DNA of 64,000 nt from Rhodosorus marinus CCMP1338 (GCA_029953675.1 JAMWBK010000009.1:496001-560000); one strand, 5' to 3'; positions 1 to 15,000 are shown, counted from the first letter of the stretch. Translations and numbers: made by a program. The notes: generated by a model not told the origin, from the sequence alone.

Positions 1-243
1 GACTTCACACGCGCGAGTGGCATGAGCCGAACGAAAGAGGTGAAAAAATTTGTAATGGGATTACATGCGGAGGCACAGAGAACCGGCAACGACGTGTTCA
101 GCATGTCCGACCTGAAACGGATTGCTCAAAATCTGCAGCTGAAGATTCCAATGTTCGAAGACTTTATAGACATGATTAATCATCAGAACGTCTTGCTCAA
201 GCGAAGCAAGGGGTATCATCTGCAGGGTACCCAGCTTGGATGA
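1..243 (+). CDS. MCM8: MCM8-like helicase, C-terminal winged-helix end (partial; gene starts left of the window)
   Basis: Frame is open from base 1: DFTRASGMSRTKEVKKFV...LKRIAQNLQLKIPMFEDFIDMINHQNVLLK, resembling the MCM8 C-terminus (...SGMS...FI..LN.QG.LLK); stop at 241-243. Confidence 0.7.
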   Translation, partial: DFTRASGMSRTKEVKKFVMGLHAEAQRTGNDVFSMSDLKRIAQNLQLKIPMFEDFIDMINHQNVLLKRSKGYHLQGTQLG

Positions 244-1932
244 GACGACCTCCGACTCCTTGTGGAGCAAAACTGGAGTGTTGAAAAAAAACGCGCCGTG
301 CCTGACTGCATGGATACCAAGCTAGCTCTCTGCCTGCACTCGGCAGCGCCTGAACGAATTCCACATCAACTTCTCTGGGGATGCAGCCTTTTCGGATTGA
401 AAAGACAATACGATCTCCGGTGGAACCGATGCCGTAGAAATCAGCTCCGCAATGGAAGTTTCGCTCACGATCCAACCTCGATAAGCACCTCTCAAAGCTC
501 TTGTATGTTTTCGTTTCAGAAACAATCTCCTGGGCGGGGGCGGAAAGAACTCTAATTCAACCTGCTACTACTGTAAGATAGAAATAAGCGTCGTAGAAAA
601 TTCCCCCCTCACGGTTTCGAAGAAGAATTGCGGTAAGGGAATAATCCAGGCTTTTTTGGAATTCGCAAATTCGCAACCCCTCCTTCAAGGCTGTGCAAAA
701 AGCATACGGGCTGGAATTCCAGCCCAAAGAACAATGCTGCACTGATCGCACTAGGTTATTCTTTTTTTGGAAGAATATACGGTATAAATACATAATCGAG
801 AAGAAATCCTCTTTATGAAATCAATCATTACCATCAAATTCAGGTCTTTAATGATTGAATACTCTTTAACTGGCCAGTCATCAACGATAGCACTTGCAAG
901 GGTTCAAAAAGTTTTACCAATACTAACATCTTGTATCATAAAATTGATGAATTAATTGAATAAAAACGCGGGGTCTGACACAAACCCTTAGTTTATTTCT
1001 ATTCTCAGCCCTCGTCAATCATTTCAAGTGCGAGCTAATCGTATTCCCAATATTCTCAATATCCCATAATTTTCTCATGTAAGCATAAAACTACTAAAAA
1101 ACTGACATGGAGGGTCTGGACCAGATATCTCTGTCCCGGAAATAATTACGTAAAACAATCTCTCTGCTGAAAAGAATTCAAGGTCCAGACTAACAACGGA
1201 AACTCTCAATTCCCCCCCTTCCAACAACAAGCTCCATTCCTGTGTTGATTGGACTACCCCTTATTTATTCCTACGAGATCTATTTATGAATATATAACAA
1301 ACATTTATATTTTTAGAGAGGGGGTACATCTCTGCACATGATAGAAATAAATGGCCAAAGCATATAGGAGTAGAAAATCTTGTAGAATATATGTAGGGGT
1401 TTTTATATATCGTTTTCAATATTGTGGAAAATTATATTGGACATGTTTATTAAAGTTTAATTAGGAAGTTTTTTGGAGTGATTTTTTTGGTTGACTTGAC
1501 GGATGTGATTGACGTATAACGCAGGCGTTTTGGGGCTGGTGATGGGGAAGGACTTTATATATGAGGGTTCGCAACGATCTACTATTTTGGGTGGGAGGAG
1601 GAGGGTGAGAAGGGGACGGTTAGAAGTTGAATGTCTCTGGAAAGAGGTGCGTTGAATCGAATCATTTTTGAGAACTTGCGGTTAGGGAGGCGGAGTCGGT
1701 GTTTTTGGGTCGTGTGTGTGCTTAAGAGGGAGAGAGAGTTGGGAGCGGCGACTTTTTCCTCACCGTCGTGAGTTTTGTGAGGTGTGTCTGTGTCTGTGTT
1801 GTTTTTTTTGTGGTCGTGAATGGGTTGCTGAATTTTCGAAGGATTTTGAGGGATAATTTAGCTTGCGTTTTTTGGGTTTTGTCTTTGGTGCTGAGAAAAG
1901 GAGGGGTTGTGTATTTCAGGTTTTGTTGAGAG

Positions 1933-3538
1933 ATGGCGGGGACGTTTTATGAGAAGGGAAAGGTCGCTGTGGACAGGGCGATTGCCGCAGATAATCGTGC
2001 CTGGGAGCAGATGAATGCGGATAATGTAAGGGGTGCAAAGCAGTCTTTCGCGGAAGCGTATCAGAGCTATGGATCTGCCGCCGAGTGTTATTTGCTCGCT
2101 GCCAAGTACGAGAAGAACACAAGACTGGTTCCCAAGGTGAGGGAAAAGGCGGAGGAATACATCACAAGAGCCGACTATATGAAGACGCAAATGCAGAATA
2201 TCGACAACGGTGGTGCGCCGACAAGCAATGGTAATGATAACTCTGCGGTTGCGAAGAAGGGCGCAACGAAGAAGAACGAGGATAAGGAGGAGAACGACAA
2301 GATGCGTGATGCACTTTCCGGTGCTATCGTTAGAGAAAAGCCCAACGTGAAATGGGATGACGTTGCGGGTCTTGAGGGTGCTAAGGACGCTCTAAAAGAA
2401 GCTGTCATTCTTCCTCTTAAATATCCAAAGCTGTTTACCGGCAAACGAGAGCCATGGAAGGGTATTCTTATGTACGGACCGCCGGGGACGGGAAAGTCTT
2501 TCCTGGCAAAGGTATGTTGAATCCTTATTGGATGGGGCGTGTTTCCTTCGTTGGGGTACTGAGGGCGTGAACAAATTCACCCCATTCTTCAGGCTATTGC
2601 AACTGAGGCGGATTCGGAGTTCTTCAGCGTATCGTCAGCTGATCTTGTTTCCAAATGGCAGGGTGAATCCGAGAAGCTTGTTCGAGAACTTTTCAAGATG
2701 GCCCGTGAAAACACACCTTCAATTATTTTCATTGACGAAATCGACTCTCTGGCTTCCTCCCGGTCTGACTCTGAGTCCGAGAGCGCCAGGAGGATAAAGA
2801 CGGAGTTCCTGGTTCAGATGCAGGGAGTCGGAAAGTCCCAAACCGGAGTACTTGTTCTTGGAGCCACAAATATTCCATGGGGACTGGATTCAGCCATTAG
2901 GAGGAGATTTGAGAGGAGGATCTATATCCCTCTGCCGGACGTCAAGGCTCGCCTGAGGATGTTCGAGCTTAATCTGGGTATGTGCGACTCCAAAATCATG
3001 GAAGTTTCTTTGTTCTTCTTTACCTCGTTTTAAACTCTTGTTTCTGTTCTCGCATTGCAGGTTCTACTCCTCACGACTTGAATCCGGAGGAGATGCAAAA
3101 ACTGGCGGAGAAATCCGATGGGTATTCTGGTTCAGACATTGCAATTCTGGTTCGTGATGCTATTATGATGCCTGTCAGAACGTTGCAGAGTGCACAGTAC
3201 TTCAAAAAGGTAGGGCTAATATGCGTAACCAGTTTGCGTGCGTGCGATGAACATTTTTCGTCCGGGGTCCTAAACCTTGCTGTGGTCACGTTTGTCAGGT
3301 CAAGGTGGTCGAGAATGGAGTTGAAGTTGAGCAGATGGCTCCATGCAGTGCCGGTGACAGTGACCCCACCAAGTTTGAGGCAACATTGATGGATATCAAA
3401 CCGGATCAGCTAATGGTACCAAGAGTGACCTACTATGACTTTGAGAGGGCTCTTTCCAAGTCCAAACCGTCTGTGTCTCAAGGCGACCTTGCTGATCACG
3501 TGAAATTCACTGAGGAGTTCGGGCAGGAGGGCAACTAG
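1933..3538 (+). CDS. VPS4: VPS4 AAA ATPase (MIT + AAA + Vps4_C), 4 exons
   Basis: Motifs [30 protein letters not shown], Walker [31 protein letters not shown] and [14 protein letters not shown] introns at 2512-2592, 2978-3060 and 3210-~3298 join the ORF pieces in frame. Confidence 0.95.
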
Positions 3539-3817
3539 ACTCAGAGTGCGAAACCAGTATGACTTTGCTGGTGTCGTTGAATAGCAAATAGAATTGACTG
3601 ACATACGTTTATTTGATGGGAAGCAAAACAACTTGTTCGAAGCCTCCTTACATGTGAAAGACTGAACAGATGGCAAAGAGCCGCACACTGCAAGGGAGCC
3701 AGTTTTTCTTTTCCCGGCTTTTGAGCTCAAAATAAGTAAAATATACCCTTCGAGAACCGAATTCCTTGCTAGGTCCCCACCCACGCGGGTCAAAATTAAG
3801 CCCCAGCGGTGGCTCCA

Positions 3818-4686
3818 ATGAAGATACGGGCCGTTGCTGTCAGCAATACCAATGCCGTTGAATTCACAACTGATCTGCCTCGTCCACTTAGAGCAATGGT
3901 TGATGCGAAGTCCCCAAAAACTTTTCGGGTCCCCATCACACTGCTTCCGAATGACGCGACTCCAACAACGAAACATATTCTCGGACGCTCAACAGCAAAA
4001 AGGAAAGCAGGAGCTGCTTCGGCAGCAGCAGAAATTAGTTCACTTCGTAAGCCGTTTCCTGAGCATAGTAGCAAAAGCAATTACGACTCAAACGACCTTG
4101 ATCCAATGCTAGAATTTGGAGCCGCCTTCATTATTCTGAAATATATGAATCAGTTCTTGGGCTGTGTAATCCGTTTATCCAAACTTTGCCTGACGGCTTG
4201 GGCCTTTCTTTCTCATTAGGCGAGTGGAGTCTTCTACTCGACAGCGTGCTTGAGAGGACTGAGTTAAAAAAGACGTGTAAAAACGCAATAAATGTGCCCT
4301 CTTCTGAGAACTTTAGTAGGGAACTAGAGAGGAAAGGTATTTGGGAGAAGCCGATACTGTTGCTGATAGTATAGAAGTGTCCGCTGGGCTGTACGACGAG
4401 GGATTACAGGCTCAGGATGGTGAACTCTCCGGGCAATCTGTTATCCAACGACGGTTCTGGGCATAAAATGAAAAGACCGTCGCTATTGGACGAGACGTAT
4501 GCTAGAAGGCAGGAGTCAAAAGCGGTTACCGTTGCAGATGAATCGAAAGTGGTGTCACTGAAGGCTGGCGTGTTCGGAATTTTGTCTTTTGTGGTCGGAC
4601 AGAGCGTCCTCATTGGTGCGCTGATGGACAATGGCCACCATCACGCCTACGTCGTTCTTGATGTTTGCGTTGGAGGTACTGACTAA
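3818..4686 (+). CDS. Hypothetical protein, exon structure uncertain
   Basis: ORFs at 3809-4219, 4186-4374 and 4417-4686. A GTAAGC donor at ~4047 and an acceptor at ~4218 join the first two in frame. No recognisable domain. Confidence 0.3.
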
Positions 4687-5102
4687 ACTTCACAGCAAAC
4701 CCGAGCGATGTGGAGCGGGCGATTCGGATAGCTTGTGCGCCAAGTGTTGCCCCTAATTGAATTTGTTTCCTTCTCCACTGGCTATAGTTGTGCTGTTGTG
4801 CGCAAGTTTCTGGACGCTTCATCCTGTTGTCCAAGCATATCGGAAGGTCTCCGGCTACAGAATTCCGACAGAATTGCAAGACTTATTTTAAAAACTTTGG
4901 TGACAATCAGCGATTCATAAAAAGTAGCACCCACCATCCTTGATTTGAGATTCTAGGTGGATGAGCGGGATCGTTGGGGAAAGTGCTGGATGCAAAGGAT
5001 ACGCTGGCGACATTTATTTATGACGATAGTGGAAAAATACCGGGCCGCTTTTTTGCTCTTTCACAAGTTTTCTTAGTTCTCTCTTCTCGCTTTTGTTTGT
5101 GT

Positions 5103-5730
5103 CTACTGAGTTTTCTTTGCGGTTTCTGCCAGAAGCACATCCGCCTTCTCTATGAGTGCGTTTGGGTCAGGTTTGACCTCCGCCGAGGAGGTCTTGGCCT
5201 GTTCGTATTTGTCTTGTATCGCAGTAGCTGCACTCTCCAGGTACGGTGAGATCAGCTTGTTCATCTTGGCGGAACTGTAGTCCACTCGCTTGGAGACCCC
5301 GTCGAACGCAGGAGCGATGAAGTTGTTGTAGATCAACGAAGCTCCTCTTGTCTTCGGATGCAGGAGCCATATGAACATCACGATTTTCAGCTCATAATAG
5401 AGCGGAATAAACCGCAAAATCCACCACGCCAAGAATTCAACGAAGTAAATCAGGTTAAAAACTATACTGGCAGTTAGCAGATCAACCTGCTTCTCCTTGT
5501 CATTGGTCTTCAGAGCTTTGTAGATCAAGTACGACACCCAAAGACAGCTAATGGATAAACTAAGAACGTAAAAGATCAGAAAAAGAAAGCGCGTTCAGCA
5601 ACACGAAGCCAAAGGAAATCGCTCAGGACAACAAAAGGAAAACGTATCCAGGCAAGAATGGCCTTCCACAACTGGGAGAATATGAAACTCACGCAATAAA
5701 CTGAGTTACGAACGCATGAACAGCCACCAT
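5103..5730 (-). CDS. TB2/DP1/HVA22 (REEP/Yop1) family ER-shaping membrane protein, 2 exons
   Basis: ATG at 5730 (MVAVHAFVTQFIA), GTGAGT intron ~5692-5549, then ...YLIYKALKT...FIPLYYELKIVMFIWLLHPKTRGASLIYNNFI, the family signature (PxY..K..F..WL..P...GA...Y). Confidence 0.85.
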
Positions 5731-7835
5731 AAACATAAACAAGTCCAGTATCCTCCGAAAAAGACTCGGCCCCTTCGGCTGAAAGTCGTCCTCATAGTAT
5801 ACGTAGGTCGACGACATCTTCTCCGTTCACTAAAACCACAACAACAAACAACAGCAACCCAAAAGTCAATCTCACTCGCTTCTCGTCAGAAGCGAATTCC
5901 TTCAACTCACGAGGTCTTCCTCTTTACCTCAATTTCTCCCCAAAGGATCCTCTTATCTCCCCGAACCAATCTTGCCAAAGCTTTCCGTTACTATAGCAAA
6001 ATTCGATGCCGGGTCCTCTTGCTCAGTGACATAGCGAGTCTGAAGCAGATGGGGAAGGAGGGAAACGATCATTGGCAATTCCTAGCATAGAATCCGGACT
6101 TTTTCTGCTCTGAATAGTTCTCCTTGATTATCTGCTATCCTCAGTTCAGTGAATCGATATCTACTTTTCTTTTGTCCTGGAAAATAGTGATCCTGAGATG
6201 CTACGGGCATATCGCTCTTGTGCTCTTGCTGATTTCTGTCTGGGAGTACCGTGGGAGAGTAGATGAGTCTACAGGACACCTCTGTCGTACCAAGAGATCC
6301 GTCTAGCAGTGCTGGATCGTTGACACGACTAGCAACTGTTTTCTTTTCTTGTTTTCGCAAAGCTGAACCAATGAAAGCGAAGCTGGCGCGGAGATCGATC
6401 ACAACTGGGATATCAATCTTCCAGCAGATCAAACCTACGGGATCCCAAAAACAGGGCTTCTTCTAAACATCACCTTTCAAGAGGAACTGTTCTTCTCTCG
6501 ACAAACGCTGCCTAAAGCAAAGTTTCCCAACATTAACAGCCGTGGCGAGAAAGCAATTATCCCCCTTTGAAAGGCAAAAATTGATCGGGGGAGCCATCGA
6601 AGAACATACAGGAATCCATTCAATGCTCATCGCATGCAATACATCCATCAAACCTGCCTCTTCTCATCATCAGTCTCGTGAAGAGAGCCCCAAACTCCCA
6701 CTTCCATAGCAATGCGAACCCCTCCCGCCAACTACCTGAATTTGAAAAAGCTATTTGACTGAATGAGAATAATATTGACTGAATAAGATCTAAAATTTCC
6801 TCTGATCTACTCGGAAAAGTTGAAATTTCTTGAATATGGTATGACGCGTGGCTGGTAATTGTTGGTTGATAGTATTCGTATTTGATAGAGTTAATTAGTA
6901 TCCGGAAAATGCTTCGCATAACCCGATCTCTGCGTTTGGTGAAGCAACGGGTACGAACGCACCTCTAGGCAAGCTTCCTGCGCAACCACCCCGAGAGCCG
7001 AGAGGACTATGAATGACACAACGAACGCGCATCTAGAATATGGGCAACTGAGCTCAGCAAACAAAAAATGGTGCTTAAGCTAAGAGGAGACTGTACCCAC
7101 CGTTGTGCTAGTATAAAAGCCAGTACAACACAACCCATAAACAGGTGCGCGAACGTTTTGCGCAGTTGTGGTGTGGGTGCTTCGGGGATGAACCTCAATA
7201 TTTTCATGCTGTTTCCAGTTGCTTCTTAGCTTAAGCACTTTCTTTGCAGAGTTCAGTCGCACGTATTCTCGACTGGCGATCTTCGCATCGCAACCGTAGT
7301 TGAAAGCTCTCGCGTGTAGTGCGCCCTCTAAGAAACTCAACGGAGTCGCTCGAGCTAGCACATCCCATCGTATCATCGATGCCAATGGACGGACCTCCGG
7401 AAGATCCTTGAGGACTGCTCCAGTAGGCATACAATCACAGAGGACTTGGACTGGACCCCTATTTTGGCGTTTTGGGGGGGACGCGTGGTTTTCTAATATT
7501 GGCCTTAAAGGTTAGTATTTGATTAATTTCGGACAGGATTTCGGAGTCAGGAAGCGGATTTGGGTTAATTGTGATTGAAGGGGTTTCAATCCATTGGTGT
7601 CAGCCAAAGCGAAGGAGCAGGAGGTAGATAGACAGTGCAGGACTGAAGGGAAGGGGTCTCTGATTGTCGTGATTTGTAGGGCTGATACGGTTGTCGGGAT
7701 TGGGAGCATCTACTGAATGTCTGATCGCCTCAGTGCCTTTTTTTTCGGTCTTCCTGCGTATCTGCCGGTCACCATTTAGTTTAGTCTTAAAACGGCTTTG
7801 GAGAGGCCGAATCTGGGTCTCTCTGATTAACTATC

Positions 7836-10124
7836 CTATCTTTTTATCTTAGCAATCTGCCTGAAGACGTCGTTTGGAACGTCAACTCTGCCAAACTGTC
7901 TCATGCGCTTTTTCCCCTTTTTTTGTTTATCCAGCAGCTTCTTTTTTCTCGTTACATCGCCACCGTAGCACTTCGAAGTGACGTCCTTTCGGAAGGGGTT
8001 TATGTGGTCTGATGCCACTACCTTTGAGTTGGTCAGAAGTCGTCATTGAAAGGCACATAGCTTAAGAAACTTTGCTGCTCAGTCCTGGCGGGATTCGGCT
8101 GCCCCATACCTTTCCCCCGACTTTGGCTTGGACGCTAATCTTGAACTGGTGACGTGGTATGAGCTCAGCCAGCTTTCCGCAAAGTTCCTTTCCCCGTCGG
8201 TGAGCATCGCTTCTAGGAACTACAGTGCTCAGCGGTCCCACCTCCGTCTCCGCGACTGTTATGTTCATCTTTACAAGTGCCTGAGGCCGGTAGTCAGACA
8301 TCTGATAGTCCATGCTAGCGTACCCTCTGCTCACTGACTTCAGACTATCGTGTAAATCAGTGATCACCTCCACAAGCGGCATTTCGAACGACAGCTGAGC
8401 CCTCTCTCCGCTCAGGTGTGATGTGTTCAAGAGGGTCGCTCTACGGCTCTAAGAATTTTGACGCCAAGCAAATTTGAGCGTTTGAAACCCAGCTCCATTC
8501 AGCAAGGAATCGACGAAATTAGAACGCAAGGGCGTGCACCTACCCGGAACAGATCTATCACGGCACCCATCTTAGAGGGTGACAGCATCACCTGCACCTT
8601 CACGAACGGTTCTTGAATCTCGCGAAGATCCTTTGGTATAAGCGAGGGATTTGACAGCTCTTCGATGGATCCGTCCAATTGCACTACTCTATATGTCACA
8701 CTTGGCGTGGTACAGAGCAGGGAAAGATCGTATTCCCTCTCCAGACGCTCGATGACTATGTCCATGTGGAGCAGTCCCAGGAAACCGCATCGGAAACCCA
8801 TTCCCAATGCCGAACTGCTGTCAACCTGATAGTCGAGGCTGGCATCGTTCAGTTTGAGCTTCTCGACCGAAGTCTGAAGTTTCTTGAAATCATCTCCATC
8901 TATCGGGAATATGCCGCAGAAAACCATCGGCTTCACCTTCTTGTATCCGGGCAGAGGCTCAGCAGCACCTCCTTCTCCAGAGAGCGTGATGGTATCCCCA
9001 ACCTTTTTCCAGTTTAGAATCACAAAGGTGAGTGGTTAGTCCCCTCGCGAGGACTCAACGCTAGCTGATTGACTGTGAGGCTTGTCCTACGGGAATATCA
9101 CCAATCTGCTTTGCACCGCACATGACGTATCCCACTTCTCCGCTGGATATACCCTTGTCGAGCTTGGTCATATTCGGTGTGAATGTTCCTACTTCCTCGA
9201 CAGTATATTTCGATTTCGAGGACATGACCTGGATTTTGTCGCCTTTCCTTAGTCTGCCGCCTTTCAAGCGGACGAAGACCACTACGCCTTTGTACACGTC
9301 ATAGTAGGAGTCAAAGACCAGAGCTTTCAGAGGCTCTCGCGAAGATCCAGTCGGATGAGGGATTCGATCAACCACGCCTTCTAGAACCTTGTCAATGCCG
9401 AAGCCCTATCAGCAGCAAAGGTAGGCGTAAGCGCGCTGATCTAGTTTGGCAATGCCAGTGTGCGGCATCCGAAACCCAACTAGCTCACCTTCTTAGCCGA
9501 TATCAAAATCGCGTCTTTCGGATCAAGTCCGATAACAACCTCGAGCTCCTTGAGTACTTTGTCCGTCTCCGCGTGAGGCAAATCGATTTTGTTGAGCACG
9601 GTGAATATCTCTAGATCATTCTCAATAGCTAGGTCAACGTTGGCAACTGTTTGAGCCTGGACGCCCTGGGATGCATCTATCACTAGCAGCGCACCTTCCA
9701 CGGCAGCGAGGGACCTACTCACCTCGTAGGAAAAGTCGACATGTCCCGGTGTATCAATCAGGTTAAGTTGATAGTTTTCATTGCGATTCATATAATTCAT
9801 TCTAACGGATCTCATTTTGATCGTTATTCCACGTTCTCTCTCCAGATCCATGTCATCCAGAATCTGCTGCCCATCCTCCAGGCGGCGAGCATCCACAGTG
9901 TTCGTAAACCGCATCAGCTGGTCCGCCAACGTCGACTTGCCATGATCAACATGCGCGATGATGGAGAAGTTCCTGATTTTCGATAGATCCAGATCAGGAT
10001 CCTTAGAAATTCGCTCAGTTTCCTTCTCTCTACTCGGCAAAAGCCCAGACAACCCTCTCCTCCAGCCACCAGACCAAACCTTGGAGGGCGGGGAGATGCG
10101 GCGCAGGCCGAGGCTTGTTATCAT
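7836..10124 (-). CDS. lepA: Translation factor LepA/GUF1 (EF-4), organellar, multi-exon; true start uncertain
   Basis: [61 protein letters not shown] and C-terminal [24 protein letters not shown], spread over ORFs 9480-10124, 9061-9375, 8499-9023, 8062-8430 and 7836-8018. Confidence 0.95.
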
Positions 10125-12015
10125 TAGGGAAAAACCCTACTTTATCGAAATATCCTCCATTTCTTCAAATCCCTCTGGTACCATGCAGCTCAGCCCAGCC
10201 TGGACCTTCCCCGTCAAATGAAGCAATCCATCCTCAGCCAACTAATGTCTAGAACTTAGGTCCCCCGTGCTGTCGACCTCCAATTCCGTTCTGCCGCAGT
10301 CGGATGGTTTTTAACTCCAGGCTTCCGAAGAGCCAACACGAGCCTTGAACATGAAGAGTCATACATAAGTACGTCCACGCGTGAGGTTGGCCTTCAGTCA
10401 AGAGCAGTATAGTGGCATGAGAGCATGCCAAAAGCAGGCGATAGTTCAGCCTATTGCTTTTTTTGGTAGCTGATGCCAGAGACAAGGCAAGCCATACGCT
10501 TTTTTGTACCTGGTACCAGTCCTAAACTGCTAGTTTTAGATCAGATTAGTTACCTGAGCAGAGTCAAACTACTCGCTGCAGAAGCGCCGGAAATGCAAAG
10601 CTGGCGACATCCTGGAGGTTTTGGAAATCGATTGTTGAGGTCTGAGCCCAAAAAGTTCTCTGTATGGTACATGAGATCTCAGTGCATCTGTACTATCCAA
10701 GTACAGTGAAGTCAGATGACTTCACTCTCGGCTTCCAATCCGCACCACCTGACCGTGGAACCCACAGCCAGGCTTGAACACGAAGAGCAAGGAAGCTACA
10801 CAGTCCATTGGGTGAAATTCCAAAGCAGCACCACTTTCTAAAAGAATCTGTTTACGGCGAAGCCAAACTAGCCATGGGGAAGCAACGGACGGATCGCTCT
10901 CAGAGCCAGAGAGACGCTTCAGAGAGTATCTCAGAGACTTTCTGAAGGCGGAAACGTTAATACCGCTCACTGATTATTGTACTAACCACTCCCGCCGTAA
11001 CTGACTATTTCACTAGGTGGCTTTACCAAGGAGTGGCCCTCGTCATCCGTTCGCTCCATGGCGATATTCCTTCGCTAGCTGACAAATCGATTTCGCAGGT
11101 CGCCCACCTACTTCACGAAGCGGAAACGGATGGATTCTAGTTAAGGAGCCGAAACGTAGGGATGTAGTTGACATCGAGGACACCTACTACCGGTCCCCCA
11201 AAAATGTGTGCCCCCTAAAAATGTGTGGAAGGTCGATGGGCTGAGTATCTGCTGTCCGGCTGGTGAAAGTTCTTCCATGTGGCTTTGGACCTCGGAATCG
11301 CTCTATACCGCAAGAGCAGAGACAGAGCTCTATGCCTTTCGGGAACATCAAGTCCAGCGCAGTACTAAAGCAATCCTACTCTAAAATCACCTTTCGTGAG
11401 TTCTTAGCTCTGGGGTTTGCGCATTGAAGAGAGATTAACGCGCTGCAGACACAACTAGGAGCCTATGTTGACTGCACTCTCTTAGAGCACCAAGCCAGGA
11501 CCGCTAACTAGTTATCCACAAAAGTACGGAAAACTAGTTAAGCCAGTCGATGCCATAGCATCTCAACTCGGGAGGTAAAGAAAGCCAATTTCAGAGGAAA
11601 GCATGTCTCATCCTGTTCAATGAACCTGCTTTGCTAGTCTTGTTCGCGGTTAGAAGCTGTTGGAAGCGGAAGGGTGACAGAGTTTTGAGCGAAAGCGATC
11701 TGTAGGCTTTCAGTGCATGTTAGGTTTTAGAGATCGACTGGGGTTGAGGTCCTGACACAAGATATCTGATTGCAGATAAGGCTCTTTCGCCTACGTGATT
11801 CTTCTGCCAGAAGAGGATTGAGAAGTTTGGGTTAACGACGTCGAGGTTGAATGCGGATAGGGGATAACAGGATTTGTAGTCTGGTTTCTTTATGTTGGGT
11901 AACTCTGTTGCGACTGCAGTTTGGAGAGATTGTGCGATTTTGTACGATAGTGATGTTGCTTTTGAGCTGAGGAAAGATTGCGATTTGACAGCCAAGTCCT
12001 GTACATTCGTGCGGT

Positions 12016-15000
12016 ATGTTTGAGAGCTTGATATCTGATGTTTTGGAGAGGGTTCTTGGTCAGTATGTGGAGGGAATAACGCGCGATAAGGTTAGCGTAG
12101 GAGTATGGCAAGGGGCGCTGAAGCTCCGGGCGCTGAAGCTAAAGCCCGAGGCTCTGTCAGTGCTAATCTTGTCGTCGCTGGGTAAGGACTCTCCTTTTGA
12201 GGTGAAGGATGGGCTGGTGGATTCTGTAACGGTGGAGGTCCCATGGAAAGCGATCAGATCTCAGCCTGTCAAGATTGAACTGGTCGGTTTGACCGCGCAT
12301 GTCGTACTGAACACGGGCGTAGACGCGAATCAAATCCATGAGAGAGCGAAGAAGGTCAAGGAAATTCGTCTTATGACGGACGACGCCTACAGAGCTGTTG
12401 CTAAGTCATCGGAAACTGTATCGAGCACTCAGCAAGCCTCAACGTAAGATGCCAAAGAGCAGCTTGTCCGAGCTGAGAACCGAAGCTTGTCTTCCCACAA
12501 CTGAATCTTGAGCGTTTTTCGTATGCGTCTTAATGTCCGAAAAGATGGTCATCTTGGCTGGGAGTAGATGACCTTACGAGCAGTGTGCTCCAGAATATTC
12601 AAGTGGAAATGAAGCACGTCAACCTGAATCTGCAGCACTCCGATTCGATCTTCTCTCTTGGGCTGCGCAGCATCAAAATCTTGTCAACAGATTCAAGCTG
12701 GGAAGAGAAGTTTCTGTCTGAGACCGGCCTGCCCTTCTCCTACAAGCTTACCAGTATTTCGGATCTGTCAATATCGTACAGAAAACAAACAGAAACTTCA
12801 TCAGAGCGGTAAGCCGAAGACAATGTTACATTACAACGCAGCCAGGCAGTTTTGTTTGCTTAGCTTCCGCGCTTCTGTGCCTTCCGATACATTCCTTTCG
12901 ACACTACCAGGCCTGACGATATTGAGGATGTACTCGAACCACTAACTTTTGACACTAAGCTGACAGTCCTACGGGGTGGAGCTGAGAGCAGGGATGTTCC
13001 AGCAGTCTTCATGCAGATAGCGTTGCCGGAGGTTGTAATCAGCCTCAGCCGTGAAGAGTACGGAGCTTTGCTCGGAATAACTTCGGACTTAGCCCTCTTC
13101 AACAAGAAGCGTAAGCCGCAGCAAGCTGCTCGAGATGCTGGACTCTTTTTCATCAAGAAGCTAATTTGTCTTCTTATCCGTATAATGCAGTGAGAGCAGG
13201 AGAGAAGTCTGCTGGAAGAGCATATTGGAGCGCTGTTCTGGAAAAGATATCCGCAGGATTCATGAAGAGACACCGAGAGCGTCATGCACTTCAACCGGAC
13301 GTGCTAAGGGAACGACTCGACAAGCTTAAGTCATATATTGAGGCCAGGAAGGAGTACGTGATTGCGGAAATGAAAGAAGCCAAGCCAAGCACACAGGTTC
13401 TGGCTACTCTGAAGAATCTTGAACTCGACCTGTCCACCGATGATGTCTTGCTTTTTCGGGATATCGCATCAACGGATTTGGAAAGGAAGAGTTCCGTGCC
13501 TGCTGGGGGTAAGCCCTGCAGCCTGCGGTATCACCATCCCAACTCCTTGTTTACGTTGATCTGCCCTTTGTGTTTCGCCCAGGTGGAAGCAAGGATGACG
13601 TCAACATTAGAGTGCACTTTAGGCTCCTCGGAGGCCACTTTGCTATCCGAGAAAGAACGGGGCCATCTCATGTCGAGCAATCTATATCAGTTATCGCTTT
13701 TCGCGATCTTTCACTGACGTTTGACAGTTTTGACAACTCACGGTTTGACTTGGCCCTATATCTGCAACACTTCGAGATGCGCGGAGGCAACAAAATGGTG
13801 AGAAACTTCACCTTGCAAAGACACGAGCGTGACCGATCCAGTTAGAAACTGGTTTTTCCGCATTGCTGAGTGTACTGTATTTCAACACAGGGCTTGCTCG
13901 TGAGGAGGAGAACTCCGCAGAAGGAAGGATCCGTTTTCTTGCTGCATGAAAGAGACAATTGGGGTTCATCGGTTTCGGAGGAATTAAGACGCATCCGAGA
14001 ACAACGAATGCTGAAACTCGAAGAAGACATTGGGGCGATTCTAATGTTGCGGTTGTCCAAAAACGAGAAGGAGCTTTCGCTAGTCCTGGAGGTATACACG
14101 CAGCCGTCTGCCAGACGGGTTTCTATAGTATCCTTCGACATCTGACAAATTTCTTTTGTTACCAACCCGTGCAAAAATGTAGCTCGCTGGGCTGGACGTA
14201 GGTGTAGATGGGATTGGAGGGGCTCTAGTCTCGAGTGTCAAGTTCTGGAAACCGCCCAGGGGAACCAAATCCGGTTTACTTTTAGAACAACTAGGAGAAA
14301 CTACTCTAGCTAGTTTGGAGTATTTTCGCGTGCAAGTCAACGAGTCCCTGTTTGTGAAGCGAACAACGCTAATGTTTGACGTTCACGTACAGGCGCCCAA
14401 GTTCATTTTGATGAGCAGTGCAGGTGAGATTCAATTTGTTGTTAATTCTGGCCTTCATTTTCTATCAACACCTCAGACAACATGGCCGGTCTTATGAAAT
14501 TGCTAGATGAAGAGCCTACCGCGAGCAGCTCGAGCCTAGAGATAGACCTGGGCATGCTCGAGGTGAAAAGCACTTGTTTCGGGAGTAATCGAAGCAGACA
14601 CGAGCTGAGCATGACTCGAATGTCAGTCTCTGTCGCCGGGCAAGAAACGGAGTCGGAAGCTATTTTGCCTCCGACAAGCTTCATTGTGTACATAACGTTA
14701 CCGGCCTCAGGAGAAGAAGTGGTGAGGTCGATTCCAGACTGTTAACTTCATCAGTTCTGAAGAGAGACTAATGAGTGAGTTTCTCTGATTATCTTGCAGA
14801 TATTGTTGGAAGGCAAGATTCCCCTTATGCACTTATCCATGTCCCGGCCGGCGTACAAATCAATGCTGCGCCTTTCAAGATCCTGGAGTCCGGAAAATGC
14901 GTCATTGGATGCCTTTTCAGCATCGAGTTTCTCGACAACTTCTTCCACAAAGCCCTCGGAATTGCCGCCAGACGAGACAAAGGAAGCACAAGCTGTTGAG

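Noticed and set aside
11195-11227. Two copies of CCCCYAAAAATGTGTG
   Set aside because: A short dimer compatible with local slippage, with no further context.
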